From a virus (Duplodnaviria > Caudoviricetes), in IMG/VR virus record IMGVR_UViG_2643221578_000002, positions 19,782 through 83,781 of that record: a DNA stretch of 64,000 bases. The stretch is one strand, 5' to 3'. Shown one piece after another: positions 9,396-19,313 of the stretch. How positions within the stretch are numbered: position 1 is the stretch's first letter; each line of letters begins with the position of its first letter. Under the pieces are notes generated by a model. That model saw nothing but the letters and a program-made list of their open reading frames with translations. It had not been told where the DNA came from and ran no database searches. Position numbers and translations under genes: made by a program.

Positions 9396-10027
9396 GCTGC
9401 CTCCAAGGCACTCAGAATCGGGGGGTAGATGTTCTCGGCCGGAATGAACCGGGTCAGGCTGGCGAGGGGCACCCAGGCGACGTCCATGTTCTCGACCGCG
9501 TCCAGGTTGCTGGCCTCACCGGCGAGATAGTCGCAGAGGACGTAGCTGGCGAGCACCCCGGTTTTCGGGTGTACCCGGGTGCCGAGCTCCTCGCGGACGG
9601 CAACGTGGACCCCGGTCTCCGCGTGGGTCTCCTGCACAGCCACCGCGGTGACGGCGGCGCCCGGCTTGCACATCCCGGCCGGGAACTGCCAGGACAGCGC
9701 GTCGTCGCCGCGGCGGCACACAAGGAGCACCTCGGCCCCGCGCAGAACCACGGCGATAGCGACCCGCAGGGACTGGGCGGGAGTGGCCGCAGGACTTGGC
9801 CTGAGCAGCAGGTTGAACCGGTGGCGCACAGTGTCGGCGGCCCTCTCGTAGGCAGTGTCAAGGATCTGCTGCATGTCCGGCCGCAGCGCCCCGTCAGGCT
9901 CGGCGTGCCACTTCCCCACGGTGCGCACCGACACCCCAAGGTGATCGGCGAACGCTTCCTGGGTCATCCGGAATGCCTGCTGTAGAGCGCAGGCCTTCCG
10001 GCCGTCCCATGCATCGATGACGTTCAC
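9392..10027 (-). CDS. XRE-type HTH fused to a degenerate NUDIX domain
   Basis: MTQEAFADHLGVSVRTVGKW HTH; Nudix box altered to AGMCKPGAAVTAVAVQETHAETG. Confidence 0.85.
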   Translation of the reverse strand: MNVIDAWDGRKACALQQAFRMTQEAFADHLGVSVRTVGKWHAEPDGALRPDMQQILDTAYERAADTVRHRFNLLLRPSPAATPAQSLRVAIAVVLRGAEVLLVCRRGDDALSWQFPAGMCKPGAAVTAVAVQETHAETGVHVAVREELGTRVHPKTGVLASYVLCDYLAGEASNLDAVENMDVAWVPLASLTRFIPAENIYPPILSALEAA

Positions 10028-10201
10028 TATCCGGCCCCAGCTGTCTCGTTGGTGGCGTTCTTCGTGATCCGTGCCGACCCGCTGCCGGAAGCGCGCCGAC
10101 CGGGCGGCAGGTGTGCTGCTGGCCGCCGCTTGCGCTCATGGTCCGGTAAGCCGGCCGCCGGTTGACTTGAGGGCATGACAGGGACTCCTCCCGATCGGGG
10201 C

Positions 10202-10429
10202 TCAGGCCTTTCGCTGCCGATCGATTTCGTCGGCGATCTTCCGCGCCCACTCCCGGCTGTAGGGGGTGTGCTCCGCAATCGACGTCAATGGAACGCCGGC
10301 GGCGCGCGCGTCGGCGACGAGCTCGTCGAGCTGTCGGCGCGTCTTCTCGTGCGCCGAGCTGGCTCGGTCAAGCCGTCGCAGCCATGGCTGCCGTTCCTTC
10401 TCGTCGAGCCTCGCGGGCGTACCTGTCAT
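10202..10429 (-). CDS. Small HTH repressor divergent from the transfer operon (Kor/TraR-like role inferred)
   Basis: GVPLTSIAEHTPYSREWARKI HTH; divergent from the operon starting at 10580. Confidence 0.65.
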   Translation of the reverse strand: MTGTPARLDEKERQPWLRRLDRASSAHEKTRRQLDELVADARAAGVPLTSIAEHTPYSREWARKIADEIDRQRKA

Positions 10430-10453
10430 GTCCGGAATGGTCTCACGTTCTAC

Positions 10454-10552
10454 CGCCAACTGAATAGGCGCTCGCCGTTGAACTCGCAGTGCCAAGTTAG
10501 TTGCACTCTGCGCTCTCGCTGTGCCACTATCGAAGTGCCAAGAAAGTTGGCA
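10454..10552. promoter_or_regulatory. Divergent promoter region with three TGCCAA-N5-TTGGCA-like operators
   Basis: Perfect copy 10536-10552; degenerate copies 10454-10470 and 10490-10506; TTGCAC-N18-CACTAT promoter-like. Confidence 0.6.
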
Positions 10553-10579
10553 GTCGCTCTCCGGAGGGAAGACCCCGCC

Positions 10580-10834
10580 ATGCCCAAGCTCGCCAGCACG
10601 AACCGCAGCACCAACGACTATCCGATGTCGCAGGCGGACGTCGACGCCCACCGGGAATCGACGCACTTCCGCCGCCCGGCCCAGGTCGACATGTCGAACC
10701 TGAACGGCCCGCTGATCCGGGAGGCCGCCGAGTCCGGTGGCCTGCTGGAACTGCGCGACTCGTCCCGCCCCGACGTGGCGCCGATCATCCTGGACGACTT
10801 CCTGATGGCCGTCATGCGCGGCGAGATCCAGTGA
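10580..10834 (+). CDS. Hypothetical protein, first gene of the transfer-associated operon
   Basis: GGAGGG RBS; followed by small ORFs 10831-10968, 11080-11373 and 11466-11636. Confidence 0.6.
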   Translation: MPKLASTNRSTNDYPMSQADVDAHRESTHFRRPAQVDMSNLNGPLIREAAESGGLLELRDSSRPDVAPIILDDFLMAVMRGEIQ

Positions 10835-11645
10835 GCGCCACGGCCGAGCAGTCCCGCGAGAACACGATCGTCGCGGAGCCCGCCACCCCGGACGCCTGCC
10901 GCCGCGATTACCAGGCTGCGGCTGATGTTCGGGCGCAGATGGCCCGGCAGGAAGCCCGCCGCCGGTAGCACCCCCTAGTCCGCCGCTCCTGCCCGGTGTC
11001 CGACCCCCGTCCCGGGCGGGAGCGGCTCTCCACCCCCACCTTTCTTCTTCACTCCACCACCCACTCGAAGGGCACCCCCATGTCTCCTTACGTCTCGAAC
11101 GTCACCGACCTGTTCTCCGGTGACCTCGCCACCATCTCCGCAACGATCCACGGCGCCGGCCGGGACATCCTCAACGCCGACATCGACCTGACCCGCCAGG
11201 AGGCGGACGGTATCGACGCGGCGGAGATCGTCACCCACTACGTGGCGGCCCGCGGCGACTACGGCATCCAGCGGTGGCTGCGGAACCTGGCCGCCGAGCA
11301 CGACGCGGCGCAGCCGTTCGGGCCGCGGCTGCTGGACGAGCTGGACGGGCTGTCGACGCCGGCTGCGGCCTGACCTCCGGCCTGCCCTGTCGTCCCCAAC
11401 CCCGGGCTGGTGGCGGCGGAGTGGCCCGGGAGTCACCCGGACCCAACACCACTAAGGAGAACCCCATGTTCGGACGTAAGACGGACAGGCAGTGCGCCCA
11501 GGCTGCTGTGGCCGCCGCGATCGTCACCGGAACCCAGTCGGGGACCAAGCAGGTCATCACGGAGTCCCTGACCCGCGAGGAGATGGCCCGGGCCAAGGCC
11601 TACCTGGAGTCCGGCCAGCCCATCACCGGCAAGTAGGGGCCACCC

Positions 11646-12038
11646 GTGTTCGCCACCCTGTTCGTGCTGCTGTGCGTCGCCCATTTGCTCGCGGACTACC
11701 CGTTTCAGACGGATCACCAGGCCAAGCACAAGGCGGACGGTGGGGCGGCAGGGTGGCGGGCCAGCCTGGCCCACGCCGGAACGCACCTGGTGGTCTCCGT
11801 GCTGGTCCTGCTGGTCGGGCAGATCGCCCTCGGCCTGGACCTCGGCCTCCTGCCCGCCGCCGCAGCCCTGCTGTGGATTGCCGGTACGCACGCCGTTATC
11901 GACCGCCGGTGGCCTGTCGCCCGCTGGATGAGGTTCGCCCGGCAAACCGGGTGGGCGCAGAACGGTGGGTCCGCCCACGTCGACCAGACCGCACACATCA
12001 CCGCCATCTGCATTGCCGCACTCGCACTCGCCGCCTGA
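11646..12038 (+). CDS. DUF3307-like membrane protein
   Basis: AHLLADYPFQT...H...THAVID...DQTAH conserved His/Asp pattern in TM helices. Confidence 0.75.
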   Translation: MFATLFVLLCVAHLLADYPFQTDHQAKHKADGGAAGWRASLAHAGTHLVVSVLVLLVGQIALGLDLGLLPAAAALLWIAGTHAVIDRRWPVARWMRFARQTGWAQNGGSAHVDQTAHITAICIAALALAA

Positions 12039-12055
12039 CCCAAGGAGACCCCGCC

Positions 12056-13364
12056 ATGACCACGCAGACCGAGACGACCAAGACCCCGCAGGAGATCGGC
12101 GCCCACGCGCTGGCGAAGGCTGTGAAGTACGCCGACCGGGCCGACCGGTACGCCAACAGCGAGCGCGGCACCGACGAGTTCAACCACGGCCGCGTCGCCA
12201 CCTATGGCGGGCTTGCCGCCGTCTACGCCGAGGTTGCCAAGGCCGCCGCTGCGCTCGCCGCCGAGACCAGCCGGTAGTCCCGTGCACCCGTACCTGATCA
12301 CCGCGAAGCCCGGATGGTTCCGGCGTACCGCCACTGGGGTGCGGGTGTGGACCCTCCGGTTTCTTGCCCTGGCTGTGATGACCGTGCTGGGGGTGGTGGT
12401 CCTCCTGGTCCGCTGCGCCCGCCCGGTCGTCAACTACCTGGCCACCCGCCTGATCTTCCTGGAGTTGTGGGCGGCCCAACGCCTCGGCCGGCCCCCGGTC
12501 AGCGGGTTCGTCGGGGCCGGGATCACCGACGAGTTCGTCGCCGAGTTTCACCGCGCCCGCCAACACGCCACCGCTGGGAGCCCCACATGAACCTGCCCCG
12601 CCCTGTCGCCGACCTGATCTGCCTCACCCGGGACCTTGTCCGCCACCCGCGGATGGTGCTCCTGAACCGGGGCCACCACCGGTGGACCAGTGCCGGTGTC
12701 ATCGCCGCCGCGGCCGTCACCTCGACCGGCACCCCGGCCGGCCACCACATCCTCGCCGCCGCGTTATTCGTCGCCGGACCGTTCTGGGCGCTCGACATGA
12801 TCGGCGCCTTCGCCCACGGGCTGTGGCAGTCCGGCCGGATCTGGTCGGACCTGGAGTGCCAGTGCTGCGGTGACGACCCCGACGACGAAGACGACGACCC
12901 CTACCCGGACCAGCCGGAAGACGACGGCGGACTCGCCGCCGACGTTGCGGACTGGCTCAAGACGCAGACCGCGAACCGCTAACCCGAAGGGCACCGCCAT
13001 GATCGCGCAGACCGCCTGGCCCGAGAACGTCATCGCCCGCTACCTCACCATCGGCGGTGCCACCGTCGACCTCACGCACGTCGCTATCACCGAGGACACC
13101 AAGGCGACCCGTAGTACGTGCACCGGGTGCCTGACCACCGAGCGCAGCCATTGGCGCAACCAGTACCCCAGCAGCACCGGCGGCTACGTCGACTTCCAGG
13201 ACCGCGACAAGGGCGACCGCAACGCCCGGGAGTGGGCGCAGTCCCACGCCGATACGTGCCGGGCACTCCCCATGCCTTCGGCTGAGTCCGCGTCCGTACC
13301 GCCCGCCGCCGAGCCCGAGCCGAAGCGCCGCCTCTGGTTCCCCACCCGCCGCAAGACCGCCTGA
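12056..13364 (+). other. Run of four small hypothetical genes (12056-12277, 12282-12590, 12587-12982, 12999-13364), two hydrophobic
   Basis: RBS-preceded or overlapping starts on the same strand. Confidence 0.55.
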
Positions 13365-13394
13365 CCATCCACCCCAGGAAGGAACCGAACCGTC

Positions 13395-14750
13395 GTGACG
13401 ACCAGCCCGCCCCAGGTGAACGGCCACCGCCGCCGCATCCCCGTGATTACGGAGTGGCAGACGCTCTTGGCGCCCGCCGAGGAGCCGGTCGCCACCACCG
13501 AACCCGAGCCCCAGCCCGAACTGGCCGCCCCCGCCATCGACCTTGTCGCCCAGGCCGAGGCCGACGCGATCCGCACCAAGGCCTACGCCGACGCCGAAGA
13601 GCAGCGCATCCGCGCCGAAGCCGAGGCCGAGGCCGCGAAGATCAAGGCGGCTGAGGAAGCCCGGAAGTTGAAGCTCGCCAACGACAAGGCCGAAGCCCGC
13701 GCCATCGAGGAGCAGAAAGCCCGCGACGCCCGCATCGCCGAGTCCGAACGGAAGCGAGCGGCAGCAGAGCGCGGCCACCAGGACGACGAGCGTGCCCACC
13801 ACGAGCAGCAGCAGACCGCGGCAGCCGCCGAAGCGGACGTCGCCAAGGCGGCCAGCACCTGGCGCTTCTACGCGGTCATGTTCTACGCCGTGTGCGCGGT
13901 CGTCGCCCTTCCGGTGCAGATCGCAGCGTTCTGGGACCCGACCGCCTGGTGGCTCGTCATCGCCCCGCTCATGCTCGAAGGCGCCGCGCTCGTAGTCACC
14001 AAGGGCGCTGCAGCAGCTGTTGCCGCGAACCGCCCGCACTGGCACTACCGCACCGTCGCCTGGGTGTTCGCGTTCATCGCCGCCGGGATCAACTTGAAGC
14101 ACGGGTTGGACGCGTTCGACCCGGCGACTGCCTTCGGCACTGCTTTTGCGTCGCTCGCCGGCCCCGGAGTGTGGGACCTCCACGAGCACGGTCGGATCCG
14201 GCGACGTGACGGTGTGCCCACCCGGCGGGAGCGGCGCGCGGCGAAGAAGGCGGAGAAGGATCTGGCCGCTGCCAAGGCCGCGCAGCAGGCCCGTGAGGAG
14301 GCTCGCGAGAAGGCCCGGAAGGCGGCCATGGAGGCCATCGAGAAGCGGCTCGCTGAGCAGCGTGCCCAGGAGTTCCCAAACGAGTGGAAGTACGCACTGA
14401 AGCTCGCCATCGCTAAGGGCGAGACCACGGTCACCGAGCCCATCTGGGAGCAGACGTGGGCCGACCTCCACGCCGCGAATCCGGGCGTCACCGCGAACAG
14501 CGTCAGCGCCCGCAACGCCGCCGCGAAGCACATGCAGCGGGTCCTCGAACGCGACCCCGCGAACACGCCGAGCAGGCCTGCATCGTCGCAGCGTGTGATC
14601 CAAGTGAAGGACCCCGGCAGGCGATCTTCATACCGGCCCACGCCGCCCCGCCGGAAGCCCAACGACACCCCCAAGTTCCACCCCGTCGCGCGAGCCCTCG
14701 CAGCCGACGCGAAGCGCCAGTCGAACGCCTCCATCGAGGAGCAGAAGTGA
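13395..14750 (+). CDS. Coiled-coil plus four-TM membrane protein, DUF2637/Spd-like spread or transfer accessory protein
   Basis: Ala/Glu/Lys coiled coil, four TM segments ending INLKHG, basic C-terminus; GTGA overlap with the translocase gene. Confidence 0.65.
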   Translation: MTTSPPQVNGHRRRIPVITEWQTLLAPAEEPVATTEPEPQPELAAPAIDLVAQAEADAIRTKAYADAEEQRIRAEAEAEAAKIKAAEEARKLKLANDKAEARAIEEQKARDARIAESERKRAAAERGHQDDERAHHEQQQTAAAAEADVAKAASTWRFYAVMFYAVCAVVALPVQIAAFWDPTAWWLVIAPLMLEGAALVVTKGAAAAVAANRPHWHYRTVAWVFAFIAAGINLKHGLDAFDPATAFGTAFASLAGPGVWDLHEHGRIRRRDGVPTRRERRAAKKAEKDLAAAKAAQQAREEAREKARKAAMEAIEKRLAEQRAQEFPNEWKYALKLAIAKGETTVTEPIWEQTWADLHAANPGVTANSVSARNAAAKHMQRVLERDPANTPSRPASSQRVIQVKDPGRRSSYRPTPPRRKPNDTPKFHPVARALAADAKRQSNASIEEQK

Positions 14751-16819
14751 GCACCGAAGCCGAGCCGCTGACGATCCCCGTCGAGTGGACCGAGAAGGTC
14801 ATCCCTGGGCAGCTCGTCCACAACGCTGACGGCACCGTCGACGACATCGCCCCCGGTGTCCTCATCCCGTTCCCGGACCGCACCCCCGTCCTCCACCGGG
14901 CCGGGTCGGCAGCTATGGTCGTCGCCTCGGTAACCGGGCGGGCAGTGGGCCTCACCGCCTACGGATCCCTGGTTGCCGGCGGATGGTTCTGGGCCGGGCT
15001 GAAAGCAGGTGCGTACCTCGGCTACCGGTACGTCCGTGCCCGCGACCTTCAGGAAGTTCTGGGCGGGATGAACAAGGGCGCTGACTGGAACAAGGTGCAG
15101 ATCGTGCGCCGGTCCCGGTGGCGGTTCCTCGGCTACGCCGCGGGTGTCACCGCCGCCCTCAACGTCGCCGGATGGATCGCCCTCGTCGCCGGCGCAGGCA
15201 TGACCGCCCTCGACTACTCGTGGATGATCCCGCCCACCATCACCGGGGCCATCGCCGCCACCGCGACCGCCCTGTACGGGCGGTACCGGCTCAACGCCCC
15301 CGGCCTGGAAGCTGCCCAGGTCATCGCCGAGCAGGACGCCATCGGCTCCGACGAGCCGTTCCCCTTGTCGTACTGCGTCGGCGGGGAGCAGGTCATCGAA
15401 TGCATCTCCCGAGCCCTGGCCGCCCACGGCATCGGCACCCGAGCCATCACTATCGTCGGCGCAAGGAACTGGGGCTGGGAGCTCGACGTCACTCTGCAGG
15501 GCTCCACTCCCGGCAAGGTCATGGCTGTGGCCGACGACCTTGAATCCGACCTGGGCCTGCCCGACGGCGGGTTCATGATGGAGCCCGACACGACGGACAA
15601 GTCTCGCATTACCGCCCGCCTCGTCCAGTCGAACCCGTTCGCCGACATGCCCGCTCCGGCCGTTCACGCCCCGCGGTCCCTGTCGGTTCACGACGTGGTC
15701 GTCATGGGGCGGACCATGGATGGGTCACCGTTCGAGCTGACTCTGGACGGGTTCTGTGCTCTGATCATCGGCGCGATGGGGGCCGGTAAGACGCTGGGTG
15801 CGCTGCGGGCGATCAATGAGGCGCTCACCGCCTGCCGGGACGCCACGGTGTGGGACCTCGACCCGATCAAAGGCGGGCTCTCCGAGTTCGGGGACCTCAT
15901 GTCCCGCCGGGCCCGGACCCCGGAGGAGTGCGAGGAAGCGCTTGAGGAGGCCCTCTCTTACGTGTCCGCCCGCCGCCACCTCATGGACAGCTTGAAGATG
16001 GGCGACCGGTGGCACGCCACCGCGACACACCCGAACCTGTACATCAACGTCGATGAGTTCATCCAGCTCAGCCCCCGCGGCAAGGACTTGGCGATCAAGA
16101 TTCTGCGGACCGGCCGCCAGTACGGCATCTACCTGATCATGGCCGGGCAGGAAGCGACCGCTGACGCCCTCGGTGACGCCGTCGCGATGCTGATCGCGTA
16201 CCGGCTGCTTATGGCCTGCCGCTTCGAAGACATCAAGATCGCCTTCGGCCCTGGGGCAGGTAAGGAAGGGTGGCGCCCCGACCGCATGAAGCCCGCCGTC
16301 GGTCCCGTCGCTAACGACGCAGGCCAAGCCATGATCATGGGCGGGCCGTTCAACCGGGCCATCCGCTACCAGTTCGCCAAATACACCCGCGACCAGATCG
16401 CTGCAGCCGTACCCGACCGCGTCGCCGCCGGTGTCACCGCCATGGACTCCGACACGCTCCTCAAGGCCGGCGTCACCCTCACCGGCGGCGGCCAGCGGGC
16501 CAACCTCGCCGACCGGCTCGACGGCATCAGCCACCACCACGCCGTGGTCGTCGCGCAGCTACTGCGGACCTTCGAGGAGCACGAGGCCACCTTCCTGCCC
16601 ACCAGCGAAGTGCTTCTCCCGGCCCTCGACGGCATGGAGGTCCCCGAGATGGACAGTGCCAAGCTCGCCCGGATCCTCCAGTCGCACGCCCCCATGGTGA
16701 AGGCCGGCCGCGGCAAGTGGGCCGACAACCCGCAGGTCCGCGGATGGTCCCGGGCGGCCGTCGAACAGGCCGCGGCGGGGCTGATCGACCCGTCTAAGGC
16801 CCGTCTTGAGGCCGCCTAA
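14747..16819 (+). CDS. traB: FtsK/SpoIIIE-family DNA translocase, TraB-like conjugative transfer protein
   Basis: N-terminal TM helices, Walker A GAMGAGKT, Walker B YINVDEF, GRQYGIYLIMAGQ motif, C-terminal wHTH-sized domain, downstream 8-mer array. Confidence 0.8.
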   Translation: MSTEAEPLTIPVEWTEKVIPGQLVHNADGTVDDIAPGVLIPFPDRTPVLHRAGSAAMVVASVTGRAVGLTAYGSLVAGGWFWAGLKAGAYLGYRYVRARDLQEVLGGMNKGADWNKVQIVRRSRWRFLGYAAGVTAALNVAGWIALVAGAGMTALDYSWMIPPTITGAIAATATALYGRYRLNAPGLEAAQVIAEQDAIGSDEPFPLSYCVGGEQVIECISRALAAHGIGTRAITIVGARNWGWELDVTLQGSTPGKVMAVADDLESDLGLPDGGFMMEPDTTDKSRITARLVQSNPFADMPAPAVHAPRSLSVHDVVVMGRTMDGSPFELTLDGFCALIIGAMGAGKTLGALRAINEALTACRDATVWDLDPIKGGLSEFGDLMSRRARTPEECEEALEEALSYVSARRHLMDSLKMGDRWHATATHPNLYINVDEFIQLSPRGKDLAIKILRTGRQYGIYLIMAGQEATADALGDAVAMLIAYRLLMACRFEDIKIAFGPGAGKEGWRPDRMKPAVGPVANDAGQAMIMGGPFNRAIRYQFAKYTRDQIAAAVPDRVAAGVTAMDSDTLLKAGVTLTGGGQRANLADRLDGISHHHAVVVAQLLRTFEEHEATFLPTSEVLLPALDGMEVPEMDSAKLARILQSHAPMVKAGRGKWADNPQVRGWSRAAVEQAAAGLIDPSKARLEAA

Positions 16820-16925
16820 CCCCCGTCTTCGCCCCGTCTAGGCCCCGGCTACCCGGAAACGCATCACCGCAGGTAGCCGGGCCATAGACGGCCCATAGCC
16901 GGGGACTAGACGGCCCATAGACGCC
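16789..16925. repeat. Putative clt (cis-acting locus of transfer): six direct and five inverted 8-mers with an 11-bp period
   Basis: CCCGTCTA-like at 16789, 16800, 16811, 16822, 16833, 16844; TAG(A/C)CGG-like at 16874, 16885, 16896, 16907, 16918. Confidence 0.8.
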
Positions 16926-16970
16926 CTATTGATCCATATATGCGAAGTCAGACGAGAGGATCCGCCGATC

Positions 16971-17759
16971 ATGCCCGCGAAGACCACCACCGCCCCCCGG
17001 AAGCCGCCCGCACGCCGCCGGAAGCCCGTCCCGCGCGCCCGCATCGGCAAAGGGCTCACCGTCCCCAAGTCGGTGCCCCTGCACGCCCGGCTCGGCATGC
17101 GCATGGCCATCCTCGCCGCCTCCCAGATGGACGCCCACAAAACCACCGTCATGAGCCGCAAAGACGCCGCGATCCTCCGCATGACCCACGAAGGGTGCCC
17201 CACCTGCCACGGCAACGGGCAGATCTTCACCAAGGGCAAGGACGGCGCGTTCACCGGGTCCAAGCCCTGCCCTGCCAAACCGACGAAGGCGAGGGCCAGT
17301 CGGGTCAAGGTCGCCCTCGCCGCCCGGTTCAGCCCCGACAAACGCACCGGGCTCGTCGGCTGGACCTGCCCCTGCGGCAAGAAGGAGAAGCCGAAGTTCC
17401 GGGACGCCAAGGAGGCCACCAAAGCGCTCCGCGAGCACGAGAAGAAGAAGCATGGCGGGAAGACCGTCGGCGGCGCCTGGTACGGACAAGGAGCCGACCA
17501 GCCGGCCACCGACCCCAAGCCCGTCACCACAGGAGAGCCGGTCACCAAGACCGACGAGACGTCCTCGATGACCGACGAAGAGTGGGAAGCCCAGAACACC
17601 CCACTCGGCCAGAAAGCTGCCGCCACCCGCGGCGTGTGCTTCTGCTGCGGCGGCAAAGGGGCCCTCTACTCCGCCCGGAACAGCCAGCACACCACCACCG
17701 TCTGCCCGCTCTGCGCGGGCACCGGAAAGCACCGCGCCGACCAGACCACCACCGCATAG
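16971..17759 (+). CDS. Basic protein with DnaJ-like CxxCxGxG zinc-finger repeats
   Basis: CPTCHGNG, CFCCGGKG, CPLCAGTG, WTCPCG...H. Confidence 0.7.
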   Translation: MPAKTTTAPRKPPARRRKPVPRARIGKGLTVPKSVPLHARLGMRMAILAASQMDAHKTTVMSRKDAAILRMTHEGCPTCHGNGQIFTKGKDGAFTGSKPCPAKPTKARASRVKVALAARFSPDKRTGLVGWTCPCGKKEKPKFRDAKEATKALREHEKKKHGGKTVGGAWYGQGADQPATDPKPVTTGEPVTKTDETSSMTDEEWEAQNTPLGQKAAATRGVCFCCGGKGALYSARNSQHTTTVCPLCAGTGKHRADQTTTA

Positions 17760-17768
17760 GAGACCTGC

Positions 17769-17972
17769 ATGCCGATCACGTTCCGCAAGAGCTTCCGGAT
17801 CCTGCCCGGGGTCCGGCTCAACATCAACCGGCTGTCCTGGTCGATCACCCTCGGGGCCGGCCGCGGCCCCCGACACACGATCAGCAGCACCGGCCGCCGC
17901 ACCACCTCGCTCGATCTGCCCGGCCCTCTGGGCTGGCGCTCGACCCGCACCCGCCGCAACCGCAACCACTAG
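17769..17972 (+). CDS. DUF4236-like small basic protein
   Basis: FRKSFRILPGVRLNINR...S.DLPGPLGWR. Confidence 0.7.
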   Translation: MPITFRKSFRILPGVRLNINRLSWSITLGAGRGPRHTISSTGRRTTSLDLPGPLGWRSTRTRRNRNH

Positions 17973-17981
17973 GAGACCGCC

Positions 17982-18467
17982 GTGCAGCTGCCCGAGCAGC
18001 CCGTCGCCGGGCAGCCCAACCCCGCCATCCGCCGCAACGCCGACCAGCTCATGGCGGCCATCGACGAGATCCAGATTGAGAAGGCCACCTCGTACCGCGA
18101 CACCACCCGGCTCCCCGCGGTCGGTCCGACCCCGCCGGTGCAGCAGCCTGGCCAGCCAGCCATGTCGCAGTGGGCTATCGACAGCAGCGGGGTTCTCAAA
18201 GCGGTCAGCGTCGCGTCCCTGCCGGTCGGGGTTGCGGTGTGGCTCGTCGGCCAGGTTGACCCGCTGACCCTCGGGATCATCCTCGGGTCGCCGGCCGCAG
18301 TCGCGCTCGCCGTCGCTCGGCTGGTCGCGAAGGTCAAGGACGCCAACCAGGCGGCCCCGCAGCCGGTCGTGCAGCACTACCACGGCACCGTCCACCAGGA
18401 CACCCGCACCGTCACCAGCACCACCCGCGGCGTCATCGCCAACACCCGGAACACGACACGCGGCTGA
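17982..18467 (+). CDS. Two-TM membrane protein, putative plasmid-spread accessory protein
   Basis: AGGAG RBS; TM pair then PVVQHYHGTVHQDTRTV; position in the transfer cluster. Confidence 0.55.
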   Translation: MQLPEQPVAGQPNPAIRRNADQLMAAIDEIQIEKATSYRDTTRLPAVGPTPPVQQPGQPAMSQWAIDSSGVLKAVSVASLPVGVAVWLVGQVDPLTLGIILGSPAAVALAVARLVAKVKDANQAAPQPVVQHYHGTVHQDTRTVTSTTRGVIANTRNTTRG

Positions 18468-18525
18468 CACCCATCTCGACCACTCACCCCGCACCCGGCG
18501 GGACCATCAACCAAGGAGGCACGCC

Positions 18526-19008
18526 ATGGGATACGCAAGCTACGAGATCAGCCGCAACGGCGAAACCATCCCGGCCGGATACGCGGTCGAGGCCATCTGT
18601 GAAGAGACCGGCTGCGAAGAGAAGATCGACCGAGGGCTCGGCTGCCTCTGCGGGAAGAACCCCGGCGGCGACGAGCACGGCTGCGGCGGCTACTACTGCG
18701 GCCAGCACCTCACCTACGACAACCAGTGCCAGCGGTGCGCCGAAGCCGCCGAGAAGGCCAACCGGTGGGTTCACCCCGGAACCGGTGAGGAGTTCGACCT
18801 GCGTGACCACTTCCTGCCCGCCGAAGCCGCCTACGACGGGCGCGGCACCGTGTGGAAGCACCTCGGCGACTTCGACGGCGAGACCCCGCTCCTCACCCCG
18901 GTCAATGCCATCGACTCGCGGCCCACCGGCGAGGCGCCGCGGTCGTTCACCGAGGGCGAGTGGGAAGAGGCCGCCCAGGTCATTCAGCGGCAAATGGCGA
19001 CCGTTTAG
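18526..19008 (+). CDS. Cys-rich phage hypothetical protein
   Basis: AAGGAGG RBS; AGYAVEAICEETGCEEKIDRGLGCLCG...GCGGYYC..H. Confidence 0.7.
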   Translation: MGYASYEISRNGETIPAGYAVEAICEETGCEEKIDRGLGCLCGKNPGGDEHGCGGYYCGQHLTYDNQCQRCAEAAEKANRWVHPGTGEEFDLRDHFLPAEAAYDGRGTVWKHLGDFDGETPLLTPVNAIDSRPTGEAPRSFTEGEWEEAAQVIQRQMATV

Positions 19009-19313
19009 AAGAACCCGCCAGATACCAGGCGTCACACCTGTCACGAAATTCGACTCACCACCACACGCCCCCACCCGCCCGGACTCCACCGAGCCGAGCG
19101 CGGGTAAGGCGACCAACACCAACCAGAGAGGCCCCACCATGACCCAGCCCTACCTCGGCGACGACCACGAGCCGGACGCCCACGCCGACACGCTCCTCGG
19201 CCAGACCGCCCCCGGTCTCAGCCCGGAGGCCGCCGACTCGGTGCGCGCCGAGATGGCCCGCCGGGAGGCCGCCGGGCTCCCGGCCGTCCCCGACATGTCC
19301 TGGGACGACTGAC

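Noticed and set aside
10174-10430. CATGACAGG inverted repeat flanking the small repressor gene as an invertible or mobile unit
   Set aside because: Only 9-12 bp, one copy is the gene's own start, and there is no target duplication or adjacent invertase
16789-16925. CRISPR array
   Set aside because: 8-bp units with 3-bp gaps, no unique spacers and no cas genes in the window
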